NCBI GenBank assembly: GCA_965225855.1
Contig: CBDDCK010000005.1
Span: 1,792,001 to 1,856,000 of the forward strand
DNA: 64,000 nt
Direction of reading: 5' to 3'
From: Spirochaetia bacterium
Lineage (GTDB): Bacteria; Spirochaetota; Spirochaetia; SP-2023
How positions within the stretch are numbered: the stretch's first letter is position 1; every line of letters begins with the position of its first letter. Made by a program: the position numbers and the translations under genes. The notes under the pieces are model-generated. The model ran no database searches. It saw nothing but the letters and a program-made list of their open reading frames with translations, and had not been told where the DNA came from. Of this stretch, positions 40,007-50,616 are shown piece by piece.

Positions 40007-41179
40007 TCAATATATCTTGCGCATCAATTCAGCCATAAAATCTTGTGTGGTGGCACCGTTTGCAAAACCGGTTATGGGGAAGCGCACGCTTGCCGTTTGT
40101 ACTGCGGTGTTTAAAGCAATGGCTTTTTCGCTATAGCCAATATGGTTTAGCATTAAACTGACGGCTTGTAGCATCGAACGAGGGTCAACATAAGAGAGAC
40201 GGCCTTCTTTGATGAGGCGTGGAGCAGAACCATGTATGGGTTCAAACATCGCATGATTGCTGCCAATGTTGGCACTTCCGGCTGTTCCTAAGCCACCCTG
40301 TATTTCGGCGGCTTCATCGGTGATAATATCTCCGTATAGGTTGGGTAGAATAAAGACTTGGAATTTTTTGCGTAGTTCTTCATTGATCAAATTTGCGGCC
40401 ATAATGTCGATATACCATTCATCAATTTCGAGTTCTGGGTATTCGCTAGCAGCTATTTCTTGACAAATTTGCAAAAAGCTACCATCACCACTTTTAATAA
40501 TATTGGCTTTGGTTACGATGCTGACATGTTTTTTGCCGTTGTTGCGTGCGTATTGCATTGCGCTACGGGCAATGCGTTCTATCCCCGGGCGGCTGGTTAC
40601 GGCAAAATCAAAAGCCAGTTCACCCCCTTGTTCTTGCCCTTCTAGTAATATTCCTTTAGAGCCTAAGACGTAAGCCCCTTCAGTATTTTCACGGAAGAAG
40701 CACCAATCAATACCCTTTTCGGCTAAAGTTACAGGGCGGACGTTGGCAAATAAGTCCAACTCACGGCGCAAAGTAACGTTGGCACTTTCCAAATTGGCAA
40801 TCCCTTGGCCTGTTTGAGGTGTAGTTGTGGGCCCTTTCAATAATACATGGCAGGATTGAATTTGTTCCAAAATTGCTGGAGGTACCGAACAATTTAGTTT
40901 TAGGCGGTTTTCTAAAGTCAAGCCTTGTATTTCAACTAATTCTATTTTGCGTTGGGCGATTTCTGTTTTTAGCAGAATTTCTAAAGTCTGTTGGGCATAT
41001 TGGGTTATGATGGGGCCAATTCCATCTCCTCCCGCTAGGGCAATGCGAATACAGGGCAATTTGTCAAAATCCTGCGGTGCATGGCCCTGCTTTATACGGC
41101 TTGCACGCATTTGTTGTTCTTGCAGTAAGTTGCGGAATTTTTCCACAGCTTGTTCTATATTTAAAAGTTGTCCCGTCAT
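40007..41179 (-). CDS. Isocitrate/isopropylmalate dehydrogenase family protein
   Basis: GDGIGP, LKGPTTTP, SANVTLRRELDLFANVRP, RENTEG, PNLYGDIITD, FEPIHGSAP. Confidence 0.93.
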   Translation of the reverse strand: MTGQLLNIEQAVEKFRNLLQEQQMRASRIKQGHAPQDFDKLPCIRIALAGGDGIGPIITQYAQQTLEILLKTEIAQRKIELVEIQGLTLENRLKLNCSVPPAILEQIQSCHVLLKGPTTTPQTGQGIANLESANVTLRRELDLFANVRPVTLAEKGIDWCFFRENTEGAYVLGSKGILLEGQEQGGELAFDFAVTSRPGIERIARSAMQYARNNGKKHVSIVTKANIIKSGDGSFLQICQEIAASEYPELEIDEWYIDIMAANLINEELRKKFQVFILPNLYGDIITDEAAEIQGGLGTAGSANIGSNHAMFEPIHGSAPRLIKEGRLSYVDPRSMLQAVSLMLNHIGYSEKAIALNTAVQTASVRFPITGFANGATTQDFMAELMRKIY

Positions 41180-41196
41180 AGAGGCATTACTCCTGA

Positions 41197-41367
41197 TTAG
41201 ATATGTATTCCAGTTTGTAGTTCTTTAACGTTTGTTTTGCCAAATTTACGATTTTCTTTACTAGCATGATTTTTATTCGGATGGTGGTGATAGTTCTTAA
41301 CGATGTTGTCAATACGTTCAATCCTTTGGTGTATTTTCTTCAACAAAGAATCTTCATTATTTCCCAT
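41197..41367 (-). CDS. Small hypothetical ORF (56 aa) upstream of the dehydrogenase
   Basis: ATG..TAA frame MGNNEDSLLKKIHQRIERIDNIVKNYHHHP..; ends next to the RBS of the downstream gene; no family recognised. Confidence 0.3.
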   Translation of the reverse strand: MGNNEDSLLKKIHQRIERIDNIVKNYHHHPNKNHASKENRKFGKTNVKELQTGIHI

Positions 41368-41601
41368 CTTTTGTTGCTCACATGGTAAGATATTTTTAAG
41401 AACTTATAAATTTGTTATAAAAAATAGTCAAGTCTGTTGTTGATTAGCTTGTAGCTTTGTTTTAGCTATACTCTCTTGCTCTAATATCTTTAATTAATTA
41501 CATTATTCAGAATTGAAAATTGCCTTCTGTATATTTGTTCTGCTTATATATATACTGTCGAGCAGTTTGAAGTTATGGAATATAATTGGGGAGAATGAAG
41601 A

Positions 41602-43131
41602 ATGAATACTTTATACTTTTTTCTGTTTCCCGTTATTGGTTTTATTTTAGGTTGGTTAACCAGGTTAGTTGTTGCCCGTGCGAATGCGGGTTCTATTGAG
41701 GGCACAGCACAAAATATGCTTCAAGAGGCAGAGCTAGAAGTTTCTAAACTCAAAGAAAATCGGTTGTTGGAAGTAGAACAACAGGTTTTAAAAGAGCAGA
41801 AGCGTATTGAAAAGCTTGCGGAAAATCGCAATCGCGATTTTCAAAAGCGAGAAAATCGCTTGGAGAAAAAAGAGGACAGCCTCGATCGCAAGCTTGAACA
41901 AGCGCAAATGCTAGAAAATCAATTGAATAAAACTAAAGAACGGCTTGTTGCAGAAGAACAGGGAATTGAAAATTTAAAAGCTGAATTGTTCGGTAAGCTG
42001 GAAAATGTTGCGGGTATTAACCGCGAAGAAGCAAAACGTCAGATTGTTGAAGCTATGGAAAAAGAGGCCCACTTAATTGCTTATGAACGTTTGCAAATTA
42101 TTGAAGAAGAGGCGCGTGAAAATGCAGAACTACGAGTGCGCGATATTTTGATAACCACCATACAGCGTATTGGCACCGATGTTGCTGCCGAGCATTCGAT
42201 CGCTACAATTTCTTTACCTAGTGAGGAAATGAAAGGGCGTATTATAGGCAAAGAAGGGCGAAATATTCGTTCGTTGGAAACGCTTACTGGGGTTGATATT
42301 ATTATTGACGATACCCCAGAAGCTGTGGTTATTTCTTGTTTTGACCCAGTTCGCCGCGCGATTGCAAAAATGACGCTTGAACGTTTGCTTCAAGATGGCC
42401 GGATACATCCCGTGCGTATTGAAGAGACAGTGAATAAAGTCAGTAAAGAATTGAATCAGTTGATGCGCAAGGAGGCGGAAAAAGTCCTTTACGAGTTGAA
42501 CATCCATAACATGAAACCAGAAGGGGTTCGCGCTTTAGGCCGTTTATATTTTCGTACGAGTTACGGCCAAAATATTTTGCATCATTCTTGTGAAGTGGCC
42601 AAAATTGCCGGAATGTTGGGGGCCGAGCTGGGTTTGGATGCGGAAATTTGCAAACGCGGGGGCTTGATGCATGATATAGGTAAAGGGTTGGTTGATAATC
42701 CAGAACTCGATCATGCTCACGCTGGGGAAGAATTGGCAAAACGTTTGAATGAACATGAATTGGTTCTTGAAGCTATTGTAAACCATCATAGTGATGCCGA
42801 TCATTACCACCCTGAATTGGTTGTCGTAAAACTCGCCGATGCACTTTCTGCTGCTCGGCCCGGGGCGCGTAGAGAATCCGTGGAAAATTATATCAAGCGT
42901 TTGGATAATTTGGAAAAAATTGCGCTCAGTTACGGTGGCGTGGATAAAGTGTATGCGGTTCAGGCGGGCCGTGAATTGCGGGTTATAGTCAACCATGATA
43001 GTGTCTCTGATATGGAAGCTAAAGCATTGGCCAAGACGATTGTCCAGCGTATTGAGGCAGAAATGCAATATCCTGGCCATATACGGGTAACTATTATTCG
43101 TGAAACTAGGGCTATTGAGTACGCTAAATAA
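41602..43131 (+). CDS. rny: Ribonuclease Y
   Basis: N-terminal TM plus coiled coil; KH MKGRIIGKEGRNIR; HD domain RTSYGQN..HDIGK..ADALSAARPGAR. Confidence 0.98.
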   Translation: MNTLYFFLFPVIGFILGWLTRLVVARANAGSIEGTAQNMLQEAELEVSKLKENRLLEVEQQVLKEQKRIEKLAENRNRDFQKRENRLEKKEDSLDRKLEQAQMLENQLNKTKERLVAEEQGIENLKAELFGKLENVAGINREEAKRQIVEAMEKEAHLIAYERLQIIEEEARENAELRVRDILITTIQRIGTDVAAEHSIATISLPSEEMKGRIIGKEGRNIRSLETLTGVDIIIDDTPEAVVISCFDPVRRAIAKMTLERLLQDGRIHPVRIEETVNKVSKELNQLMRKEAEKVLYELNIHNMKPEGVRALGRLYFRTSYGQNILHHSCEVAKIAGMLGAELGLDAEICKRGGLMHDIGKGLVDNPELDHAHAGEELAKRLNEHELVLEAIVNHHSDADHYHPELVVVKLADALSAARPGARRESVENYIKRLDNLEKIALSYGGVDKVYAVQAGRELRVIVNHDSVSDMEAKALAKTIVQRIEAEMQYPGHIRVTIIRETRAIEYAK

Positions 43132-43156
43132 TTTTATAGCTTGTAATAAGGTGCAT

Positions 43157-43186
43157 AAAAAAGAGGAAGCTTGCTTCCTCTTTTTT
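43157..43186. terminator. Intrinsic terminator after rny (potentially bidirectional)
   Basis: aaaaaagaggaagc-tt-gcttcctctttttt. Confidence 0.85.
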
Positions 43187-43353
43187 ACAGCACGTAATGG
43201 ATTTGCTATTTTTTGTTGTTGAAAAGCCTGTAAAATTCCGATACGCTTAGCTTATTTTATCGGCCCATTTGGGGCTTTGATATTTCTAAAGCGATTTTAA
43301 AACAGATGTTATGGTTATTTATCTATAATTGTTGTATTAAATAAGGAGTCTTT

Positions 43354-44085
43354 ATGGCGCAGCAGATGGGCATTTTTGGCAAGGTTGTGCAAGAAGGCTC
43401 ACAAAAATTAAAAGAATATAGCCAAGGTTTACATGGCTTATTCGAGATAACCGAGCCAAAAGCAGGGCAAAAAACGCGTGCCAAAATACTGCGCAGTTCA
43501 CTGGAATTGATTGCCCAAAAGCATACAACGGATATTTCTGTGCGAGAAATAGCTCAACATGCTAGCGTAAATTTGGCTTCGCTCAACTACCATTTTCGCA
43601 GTAAAGATCGAATGTTAGAGGAATTATTTAAACAAGTTGTCAAAGGATTTGATCGTTTGTTCTTTTTGTTGGAATCTAAAACCTTGAGCCCCGAGCATTG
43701 CCTTATACGCTGGGCCGATCGTTTTATGCGTTACTTATTACTGTATCCCGGGGCTTTAATTATTGTGCGTGATAGTTACAAATGGAAGGGAATTACCGAG
43801 CAAGTTGGAACTGCTTTGGAGCGTTTACAAAAACGCTTAGACCCATTATTGATACAGCTTTGTGAAAAAAATGGTTTAGTAGAGAAAATGAGCGAAGAGG
43901 AACTAGGTTTGCGGCGTTCTATTTTGCTAGGTAGCCTGCTACGACCTATATATCCGCTCACCCCGGCTTTTGATTTACATGCGCGTTTGCGCTTAGAAAA
44001 ATTTCGCAAAATCTACATTGTGCAAATTGTTCGTCAGCAAAAAACTAGCTTAATGGATATACCGTGTGAAAATTTGTTGTTCTAG
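43354..44085 (+). CDS. TetR/AcrR family transcriptional regulator
   Basis: HTH TRAKILRSS..ISVREIAQHASVNLASLNYHFRSKDRM. Confidence 0.88.
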   Translation: MAQQMGIFGKVVQEGSQKLKEYSQGLHGLFEITEPKAGQKTRAKILRSSLELIAQKHTTDISVREIAQHASVNLASLNYHFRSKDRMLEELFKQVVKGFDRLFFLLESKTLSPEHCLIRWADRFMRYLLLYPGALIIVRDSYKWKGITEQVGTALERLQKRLDPLLIQLCEKNGLVEKMSEEELGLRRSILLGSLLRPIYPLTPAFDLHARLRLEKFRKIYIVQIVRQQKTSLMDIPCENLLF

Positions 44086-44105
44086 TTTAAATAGGGTAGG
44101 GAACC

Positions 44106-45626
44106 TTGAAAATGTTAGAAAATAAAAAGATGAGAATAACACTACAATCTATTTGGTTTTTTATAGGTTTTATTTGTGTTTTATGGATAAATAAAAGTAT
44201 TCTTGCACAAGAAAATACACAACAAAGTAGTTCTGCTGGCATGCAGCAAGAGGCCCGTGAAGAGGCGGCACGCAAAGATAAACAAATTAAACAGGTAATT
44301 AGTTTTGGGATTGATTCGGATTTGGTAACTGCAATCCAGAATTTGAGTAGGGAAACACCTCGCTTAGCTAGCGATGATGGTGAAAATATTACTTGGATTA
44401 AAGAGACTCCGTATAATACAAAAATTTATGAGCGAATTAAGAAAGGCTATAGCAGTAGCGAACTACAGACAAAAGCTCTGCGTTTTTTTATGCAGCAAAA
44501 ATGGTTAAATGCGGAAGAGTACGTAAAAAATCTTATTGAACGCAGTGTCGATGAAGGGCAAATTGATAATAATTTATTGCTAGCAGCTTTGGCTTATGTG
44601 CGCAATTTAAAGCTGAAAAGCAGTGAAGCAGGGGTTTTGGGATTATTGGCTAGTGAGAATCCTCAAATTGTGGAACGCAGTTTGATTACTCTGGGCAAGA
44701 TTGGCAGTAATATTAGTGCTGCTGAAATTTTAAGACTGCTCAAAGATGAGGAGAATAGTTTTTCCGAGTTTAGCGATGAAGGGGAGAGGGAAGTTTTGCG
44801 GGTGGCTGGAATTTCTGCTCTGGGGGACTTGGCATATACCGATGCGACAAAATATTTACTGAAAATATTAGAAGATAGCAAAAATGATGATAGGGAATAT
44901 AACAATGCGGAATGGGGTGCAGCGGCGAAAGCTCTTGGCAAAATGAATCAAGCAGAAGCTGTGGTTTTTATTTTGGAACGATTCCGCAATGGCAATACCC
45001 AGGAACGCTACCAAGCCATTATGGCTTTGAGCTCTTTTCCATTGCAAGCGGATTTTGAAAATATTATTTTGCAAGGTTTGCAGGAAGCTTATTGGAAAAC
45101 GCGAGAAGAAGCTGCGAAAACAGCAGGCAAGCAAAAGCTCCAATCGGCAATACCGAGTCTAGCTTATAAAGTGGCAAAGGATAGTGTGGTAGGAGTGCGC
45201 CGTGCGGCCATTCAAGCCCTTAGGAAAATGGGAGCTGCGGGTAACAGTGCATTGAGCCAATTGATGCAAGACCCAGATGTGGGGGAAAATCAGCGTTTAG
45301 ATGTTTTGAGAGTTTTAACGAAAGCTAGAGATGAAAGTGCTGTGCGGATTTTCCGCCAATTATTAAATGGTCAGACCAACGATTTTGGCTTATCGCGTAT
45401 GGGAATTTTTCGAGTGGCAAGTAATGATCCGTGGGCCGATTTAGATTTTGTCTATAAAGAAATGCTCTCCGACCGAGATCATAAAACCCAGCAAAGGGCT
45501 TTGTATTCAATCAGTCGGGAGCGCATTAAAAGTTTACAAAATGTGGTAGCAGCTTTGGCTGAAAATTCTCCGAACTCAATTGTTCGGCGTGCAGCCAAGG
45601 CTGCGTTAGCTAATTTAAATTCATAG
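44106..45626 (+). CDS. Exported HEAT-repeat protein
   Basis: Signal/TM N-terminus; repeated ALGxL/AAKALGKM/VRRAAIQAL HEAT motifs; adjacent to ylqF. Confidence 0.8.
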   Translation: MKMLENKKMRITLQSIWFFIGFICVLWINKSILAQENTQQSSSAGMQQEAREEAARKDKQIKQVISFGIDSDLVTAIQNLSRETPRLASDDGENITWIKETPYNTKIYERIKKGYSSSELQTKALRFFMQQKWLNAEEYVKNLIERSVDEGQIDNNLLLAALAYVRNLKLKSSEAGVLGLLASENPQIVERSLITLGKIGSNISAAEILRLLKDEENSFSEFSDEGEREVLRVAGISALGDLAYTDATKYLLKILEDSKNDDREYNNAEWGAAAKALGKMNQAEAVVFILERFRNGNTQERYQAIMALSSFPLQADFENIILQGLQEAYWKTREEAAKTAGKQKLQSAIPSLAYKVAKDSVVGVRRAAIQALRKMGAAGNSALSQLMQDPDVGENQRLDVLRVLTKARDESAVRIFRQLLNGQTNDFGLSRMGIFRVASNDPWADLDFVYKEMLSDRDHKTQQRALYSISRERIKSLQNVVAALAENSPNSIVRRAAKAALANLNS

Positions 45627-45650
45627 AAGATTTTTTATACTTATTTACTT

Positions 45651-46652
45651 ATGGCAAAAATCAATTGGTTCCCCGGCCATATGAACAAGGCCCTAGGCCA
45701 ATTAAAAGAAACTCTGAATCAAGCCGACTTTGTGGTTGAGTTGCGTGATGCTCGCGCTCCGCTGGCATCTGCAAACCCTTTGCTCTATGAGTTAGTAGGA
45801 CAAAAGCCACGCTTAATTGTATTAAATAAGTCTGACTTGGCCGATCCCAAGCAAAGTGAGAATTGGCAAAAATATTTTTCCAGCCAGAATTGCTGCTTGG
45901 TGGTTCGTTTGTCATTTTCTAAAAATTTGCAAAAAGATAAACAGGAGTTATTGAGGGCTTTACAAAGCAATTTCGGCGGCTCAAAAAAGAAAGGTCCCAA
46001 GGGAGCTCAATGGAGCCGTGCTTTGCGTGGCTTGGTGATTGGCATACCGAATGTCGGTAAATCTACTTTCATTAATTCTTTAGTGGGTAAGCAAAAACTA
46101 AAAGTGGAAGACCGTGCTGGGGTAACTAAGCAAGTTCGGCTACTACAACTGAATGAACATTATAGTTTATTTGACAGCCCCGGTATGTTGTGGCCCAATT
46201 TAGACGATCAGTATGCGGCTGCGCGTTTAACATTGCTGGGTTCGCTGAAAGACCAAGTGGTGGAAGAACAGCAGCTATTGTGTTTTTTGCTCCAAGAGCT
46301 AGAAATTTTGTACCCCCAATTGCTGGAACAACACTATGCTTTGCCAGTGAATCAGCCACCGGCAAATTCACCTTTTGCCACGTTCCGCAGTTCACTGAAT
46401 AGTTTGGAAATTGCCCAAACTGTAGCTAACGGCAATCAAGAACAACTAGGCTCTGAAAACGGCGGCCCACCTTTATTGCATCCCACTTTGGATTTTTTAG
46501 CTTTGTTTGCAGCACTGGATAGCTTAGGGCAACGGCTACAATTTTTAGAAAAGGGTGGCAAAATTGACTACTGCCGTTTACTTAGCCGTTTGTTACGCGA
46601 CTTTCAAAAAGGGAGGCTGGGGTGTTTGAGTTTGGAACATGCACCGGTTTGA
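45651..46652 (+). CDS. ylqF: Ribosome biogenesis GTPase YlqF/RbgA
   Basis: INWFPGHM, DARAP, NKSDL, GIPNVGKS, DSPG (circularly permuted GTPase). Confidence 0.96.
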   Translation: MAKINWFPGHMNKALGQLKETLNQADFVVELRDARAPLASANPLLYELVGQKPRLIVLNKSDLADPKQSENWQKYFSSQNCCLVVRLSFSKNLQKDKQELLRALQSNFGGSKKKGPKGAQWSRALRGLVIGIPNVGKSTFINSLVGKQKLKVEDRAGVTKQVRLLQLNEHYSLFDSPGMLWPNLDDQYAAARLTLLGSLKDQVVEEQQLLCFLLQELEILYPQLLEQHYALPVNQPPANSPFATFRSSLNSLEIAQTVANGNQEQLGSENGGPPLLHPTLDFLALFAALDSLGQRLQFLEKGGKIDYCRLLSRLLRDFQKGRLGCLSLEHAPV

Positions 46653-47496
46653 AAGGTTGCAAAATCCATTGTGTTTGCGATTGTTTTTGGTCGATAAAGT
46701 TTGATATTCGGCAGGGCTTTACAAGCGGCTTTTTGGTGGATAATTTTTCACTATAGAGTTTTTGGCATATCTCTAAGAGTTTTTCTATGTCTTGATTGGC
46801 TAGTAAGCCAAAAGCAGGGTGGTAGGCTAAGCCTTTGGTTTTTAATTCTGGCCGCAACCAACCTTTGAGGAAATAGGCTAACTGATTGGGGCGGAGCACG
46901 GCTAGTAATTGTTTGAATATGGTTAGATGCTCTGTGATGTTTTGCTCTAGCACTTGGGCAAAACGGATTTGTGGGAACATGCTGCAAAAGCTCTCTGGTA
47001 AATTTCTGGTAAACGGCTGGTCTTCTGGTTTTTGTGAGATTTCGGGATTCCATAAAATTACGCTGCAGTGACTTGCAGAATTATTTTGTAATAATCTTGA
47101 GCATTCTTGTTTTAGCCTAGCACAAAGGTCTTTCTCCATTGTTTGAGAAACACTTATTGGTTTCATTGGAGTAAAATACGATTTGGGTAAATAGAATAGA
47201 TTGACTGAATTGGTTTGTGATATGGTCTCAAGGTTTATTGCTTGGTTGGGTTTGACAAACTGTAGAGTACCACCACGGTAGGTTTGATTACCTTGGTTGG
47301 GTAGTTGGCTGAATGCTTGGCGTAGCTTTAAGCATAATTCAATTGGTTTTAACGTTTGATGGTGGCTAGTAAATATCAGCGATGTATACTTTGGGTTTTG
47401 TGGCTGCATACAATTTGCCGTGATAAAATGGGCTATTTGGCTAAATATAGACAGTGGGTAAAAAGGTTTGGCAGGGTGTTTCATACTAAATTTCAA
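46582..47496 (-). CDS. Hypothetical protein
   Basis: 304-codon ORF filling the gap between ylqF and glyA; overlaps the ylqF 3' end by ~70 nt; no family recognised. Confidence 0.45.
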   Translation of the reverse strand: MKFSMKHPAKPFYPLSIFSQIAHFITANCMQPQNPKYTSLIFTSHHQTLKPIELCLKLRQAFSQLPNQGNQTYRGGTLQFVKPNQAINLETISQTNSVNLFYLPKSYFTPMKPISVSQTMEKDLCARLKQECSRLLQNNSASHCSVILWNPEISQKPEDQPFTRNLPESFCSMFPQIRFAQVLEQNITEHLTIFKQLLAVLRPNQLAYFLKGWLRPELKTKGLAYHPAFGLLANQDIEKLLEICQKLYSEKLSTKKPLVKPCRISNFIDQKQSQTQWILQPFKPVHVPNSNTPASLFESRVTNG

Positions 47497-47591
47497 TAGG
47501 AACCTATTTGGGGTTTATGCCATGAAATGTTTATGTTTTTGAAAGTATTTTGGCAAAAAGTTTGCTAGCTTTAAATCAAAGCCACGTTAAA

Positions 47592-47737
47592 TCTAAATCC
47601 AAGTCATTGTCAATTGGATTTTTTCAATCCTGCTATAATACAAATCGCTTTTCTATCTGCATCTCTAAATCCAAGTCATTGCCAATTGGATTTTTTTTCA
47701 ATCCTGCTATAATACAAATCGCTTTTCTATCTGCATC
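47592..47737 (+). repeat. Tandem duplication (72 + 74 bp) containing an extended -10 promoter, upstream of glyA
   Basis: tctaaatccaagtcattg(t/c)caattgga(T6/T8)caatcctgcTATAATacaaatcgcttttctatctgcatc x2. Confidence 0.92.
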
Positions 47738-47826
47738 GAAATTTGTTTGCAAGTAGATTTGCGTTGTTTCCCCTCAATATCTTTGTATTTCAGGCTCAAC
47801 TGTAGCCTCTATCATAGGAGTTTTGT

Positions 47827-49332
47827 ATGCCTAATGGTTTATTAGAACAATATCTGCAAAAAGGAAACATCAATCGTGCGTGTGTAGCCTATCTAGCGCA
47901 GCTTGATTTGCTGGCTGAAGCCAACCCCAAACTGGCCCGTTCTGTGGTTGCCGAATTAAACGATCAGAGCAAGTCGCTCAAAATGATTGCCAGTGAAAAT
48001 TACAGTTCGCTCACGACCCAGCTTAGTATGGGGAATTTATTGACAGACAAGTACTCCGAAGGTGTAGCTGGTGAGCGGTTTTATGCTGGCTGTGAACAAA
48101 TTGATGAGATTGAAACTCTTGCGCAACAAAAGGCTTGCGAGTTGTTTGGTGCCGAATATGCCTATGTTCAGCCTCATAGTGGTGCCGATGCCAATATGAT
48201 TGCCTTTTGGGCTATACTGCATCAACGGGTTGAGCAGCCTGCACTACACACGTTGCAAAAAAAGTCCCTGTATGATTTGACGCTTGTGGAGTGGAGCCAT
48301 TTGCGTGAACGTCTGGGCAACCAAAAATTACTGGGTATGGATTATTATTCGGGTGGGCACCTAACCCACGGCTACCGCTACAACGTATCGGGCCGTATGT
48401 TTGAATCCCATATGTATTCGGTAGATGCGCATAGTAAGCTTTTGGACTACGATGCTCTGGCCAAACAAGTAAAAGAATTAGAACCTCTTATTTTGTTGGC
48501 GGGTTATAGTTCTTATTCTCGCAAAATCAATTTTAAGGAGATGCGTGCAATAGCCGACAGTGTGGGTGCGGTGTTGATGGTCGATATGTCGCATTTTGCC
48601 GGTTTAGTCGCTGGTAAAGTTTTTACGGGGGATTTTGACCCAGTGCCCTTTGCTGATGTGGTTACAACAACAACCCACAAAACGTTGCGTGGACCCCGTG
48701 GTGGTTTAATCCTAGCTAAGCAGGAATTTGCCGAAGCTCTAAACAAAGGTTGTCCCTTGGTGATTGGCGGCCCCTTACCCCATATGATGGCTGCCAAAGC
48801 GGTTGCGTTTATGGAAGCGATGGAAATTCAATTCCAAACTTATGCTGCCAATGTAGTGAAGAATTCCCAAACCTTAGCTGAAAGCTTGATGGCTGAAGGT
48901 CTTACTGTGCTCACAGGAGGGACGGAGAATCATCTGCTTTTAGTTGATGTTACTAAGATCAATGGTTTAAATGGCAAACAGGCTGAAAATATTTTGCGTG
49001 ATTGTGGTATTACTTTGAATCGCAACTCGTTGCCGTTTGATGCAAATGGGCCTTGGTATACTAGCGGGTTGCGCTTGGGTACGGCTGCTTTGACTACTCG
49101 CGGTTTGGTTCCAGATGATATGCGCCAAATTGGTTGTGTTGTTGCTAAGTGCTTAAAGGCAACCACACCTAAGGTTTTAACCAGTGGTAAAAATGCCGGT
49201 AAGCCTTCTAAAGTTAAGTATGATATTGATGCAGCACTACAGCAACAAGCTCGGAAAACGGTAAAAGGCATTGTATCCCGCTACCCTTTATATCCAGAAT
49301 TGGATAGGGAATTGCTGTATAGTTTACTGTAA
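47827..49332 (+). CDS. glyA: Serine hydroxymethyltransferase
   Basis: MIASENY, QPHSGADAN, GGHLTHG, DMSHFAGLVA, TTTTHKTLRGPRGG, SGLRLGT. Confidence 0.98.
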   Translation: MPNGLLEQYLQKGNINRACVAYLAQLDLLAEANPKLARSVVAELNDQSKSLKMIASENYSSLTTQLSMGNLLTDKYSEGVAGERFYAGCEQIDEIETLAQQKACELFGAEYAYVQPHSGADANMIAFWAILHQRVEQPALHTLQKKSLYDLTLVEWSHLRERLGNQKLLGMDYYSGGHLTHGYRYNVSGRMFESHMYSVDAHSKLLDYDALAKQVKELEPLILLAGYSSYSRKINFKEMRAIADSVGAVLMVDMSHFAGLVAGKVFTGDFDPVPFADVVTTTTHKTLRGPRGGLILAKQEFAEALNKGCPLVIGGPLPHMMAAKAVAFMEAMEIQFQTYAANVVKNSQTLAESLMAEGLTVLTGGTENHLLLVDVTKINGLNGKQAENILRDCGITLNRNSLPFDANGPWYTSGLRLGTAALTTRGLVPDDMRQIGCVVAKCLKATTPKVLTSGKNAGKPSKVKYDIDAALQQQARKTVKGIVSRYPLYPELDRELLYSLL

Positions 49333-49381
49333 TTGGCCCAATAAAATACCGAAGAACACTAAGAAAAGGCTTATTTGGCAT

Positions 49382-50572
49382 ATGAATACATCTTTTAGCT
49401 CTGTCAACGCTCTAGCTACATTGCTTTTGCTAATGGGGCTTCTTTTGTTTAATAATGGACTAGCGGCTTGGCAGTCTAGCCAGCAGGTTTACAGCAGATA
49501 CTTTCAAAATACGGAAGCTGCTGTGCAACGTAGTGCTTCATCTATTCAGCAAGAATACCGCCAGGTGATGATCCGTAATGCCTTGAATATCGCTTGTTCG
49601 CTTTTTTTGATTTGGCTTGGTTTGCAGGTGTTGTTCAAGAAACGCTGGGCTTGCCATTTCTTTTTTAGCGTCCGCCAAGTTGCCCAGTTTAGCTTGCTAT
49701 TTCTGCCTTTGGCTACTTTGTTGCTCTCATCAAACCGCCCATTGATGGATAGCCTGGCAGCTATCTATCAACCAATCGTTCAAGAGATTATCCAGCAGGA
49801 GTATGGCCAAGCTAGCAATAAATCACCTGTAGTTTTGGATAGTGAGGCCATGCGTATGGCCCTGCAAGTAGCGTTGTTTTTCTTAGCTTTTTTGGGTATG
49901 GGCATTGCTGGTTTGTTGCTGCGTTTGAGTAGCCGCTGCCTAGCGAAGGAAGTGCAAAAGGCTTTACTAGAGCATTCGCCTTACGCTGGCCGCTTTAGCC
50001 GTTTTATTTTGTGCTTGCCCATGAAGCTACTATTGGTTTTGCTACTTTCTGCTTATGGTATGGCTAAGCAGTTGTTAGAGATTCTTTCGGCAAGCTTGGT
50101 CAGTCTAGTAGAGCTGGAATTGTTAATGTTTCGTTTTGGGGCTTTTGTTTGTTTCGCTCTGGCTTTGTTGCAACTGACCAACCGCAATGTTCAGTACAGT
50201 GGCAACCCTTTATTGAAATTCCAGCTGCTGAAGAAGGCTTTGTTTTTTTGTGGTCTAGCTTATTGTATACAATTATTGCAACATAGCTTGGGTGTAGGCA
50301 GTGTTGAAGATGGGCTTACCACGCTTTCTACTCAAAGGAATTCTGCGTTGTTATTGGCCCAGTCGGCCATTAAAGGGGCTGTGTCTCAAATGCAAATCCT
50401 TAGTGATGTGTTGGTATTGTTGATGCTGGGCTTTCTTTATTATTTTCTGAAGCGGGCCATAAGTAATATTGTCCAAAGCTTGGAAGGCTTCCAAAGTCTT
50501 CAAGGTTGCCAAAGCTCTAGTACAGATTTAGAGCAAGCAGAGGGGCAAAAGCAACAAGATGATGAGACGTAA
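49382..50572 (+). CDS. Hypothetical polytopic membrane protein
   Basis: About 8 hydrophobic segments; ATG at 49382. Confidence 0.7.
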   Translation: MNTSFSSVNALATLLLLMGLLLFNNGLAAWQSSQQVYSRYFQNTEAAVQRSASSIQQEYRQVMIRNALNIACSLFLIWLGLQVLFKKRWACHFFFSVRQVAQFSLLFLPLATLLLSSNRPLMDSLAAIYQPIVQEIIQQEYGQASNKSPVVLDSEAMRMALQVALFFLAFLGMGIAGLLLRLSSRCLAKEVQKALLEHSPYAGRFSRFILCLPMKLLLVLLLSAYGMAKQLLEILSASLVSLVELELLMFRFGAFVCFALALLQLTNRNVQYSGNPLLKFQLLKKALFFCGLAYCIQLLQHSLGVGSVEDGLTTLSTQRNSALLLAQSAIKGAVSQMQILSDVLVLLMLGFLYYFLKRAISNIVQSLEGFQSLQGCQSSSTDLEQAEGQKQQDDET

Positions 50573-50616
50573 ATCTAATTTTTGCTTTTATAGAAAAGAC
50601 AAAAAAAGTAGGGCTC

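Noticed and set aside
42214..43080. Antisense ORFs inside rny, and similar nested ORFs in glnS, glyA, rnfC and the lipoproteins
   Set aside because: Shadow frames of well-supported genes.
47592..47760. CRISPR array or ZTP riboswitch upstream of glyA
   Set aside because: Head-to-tail duplication with no unique spacer, and no recognisable ZTP consensus.
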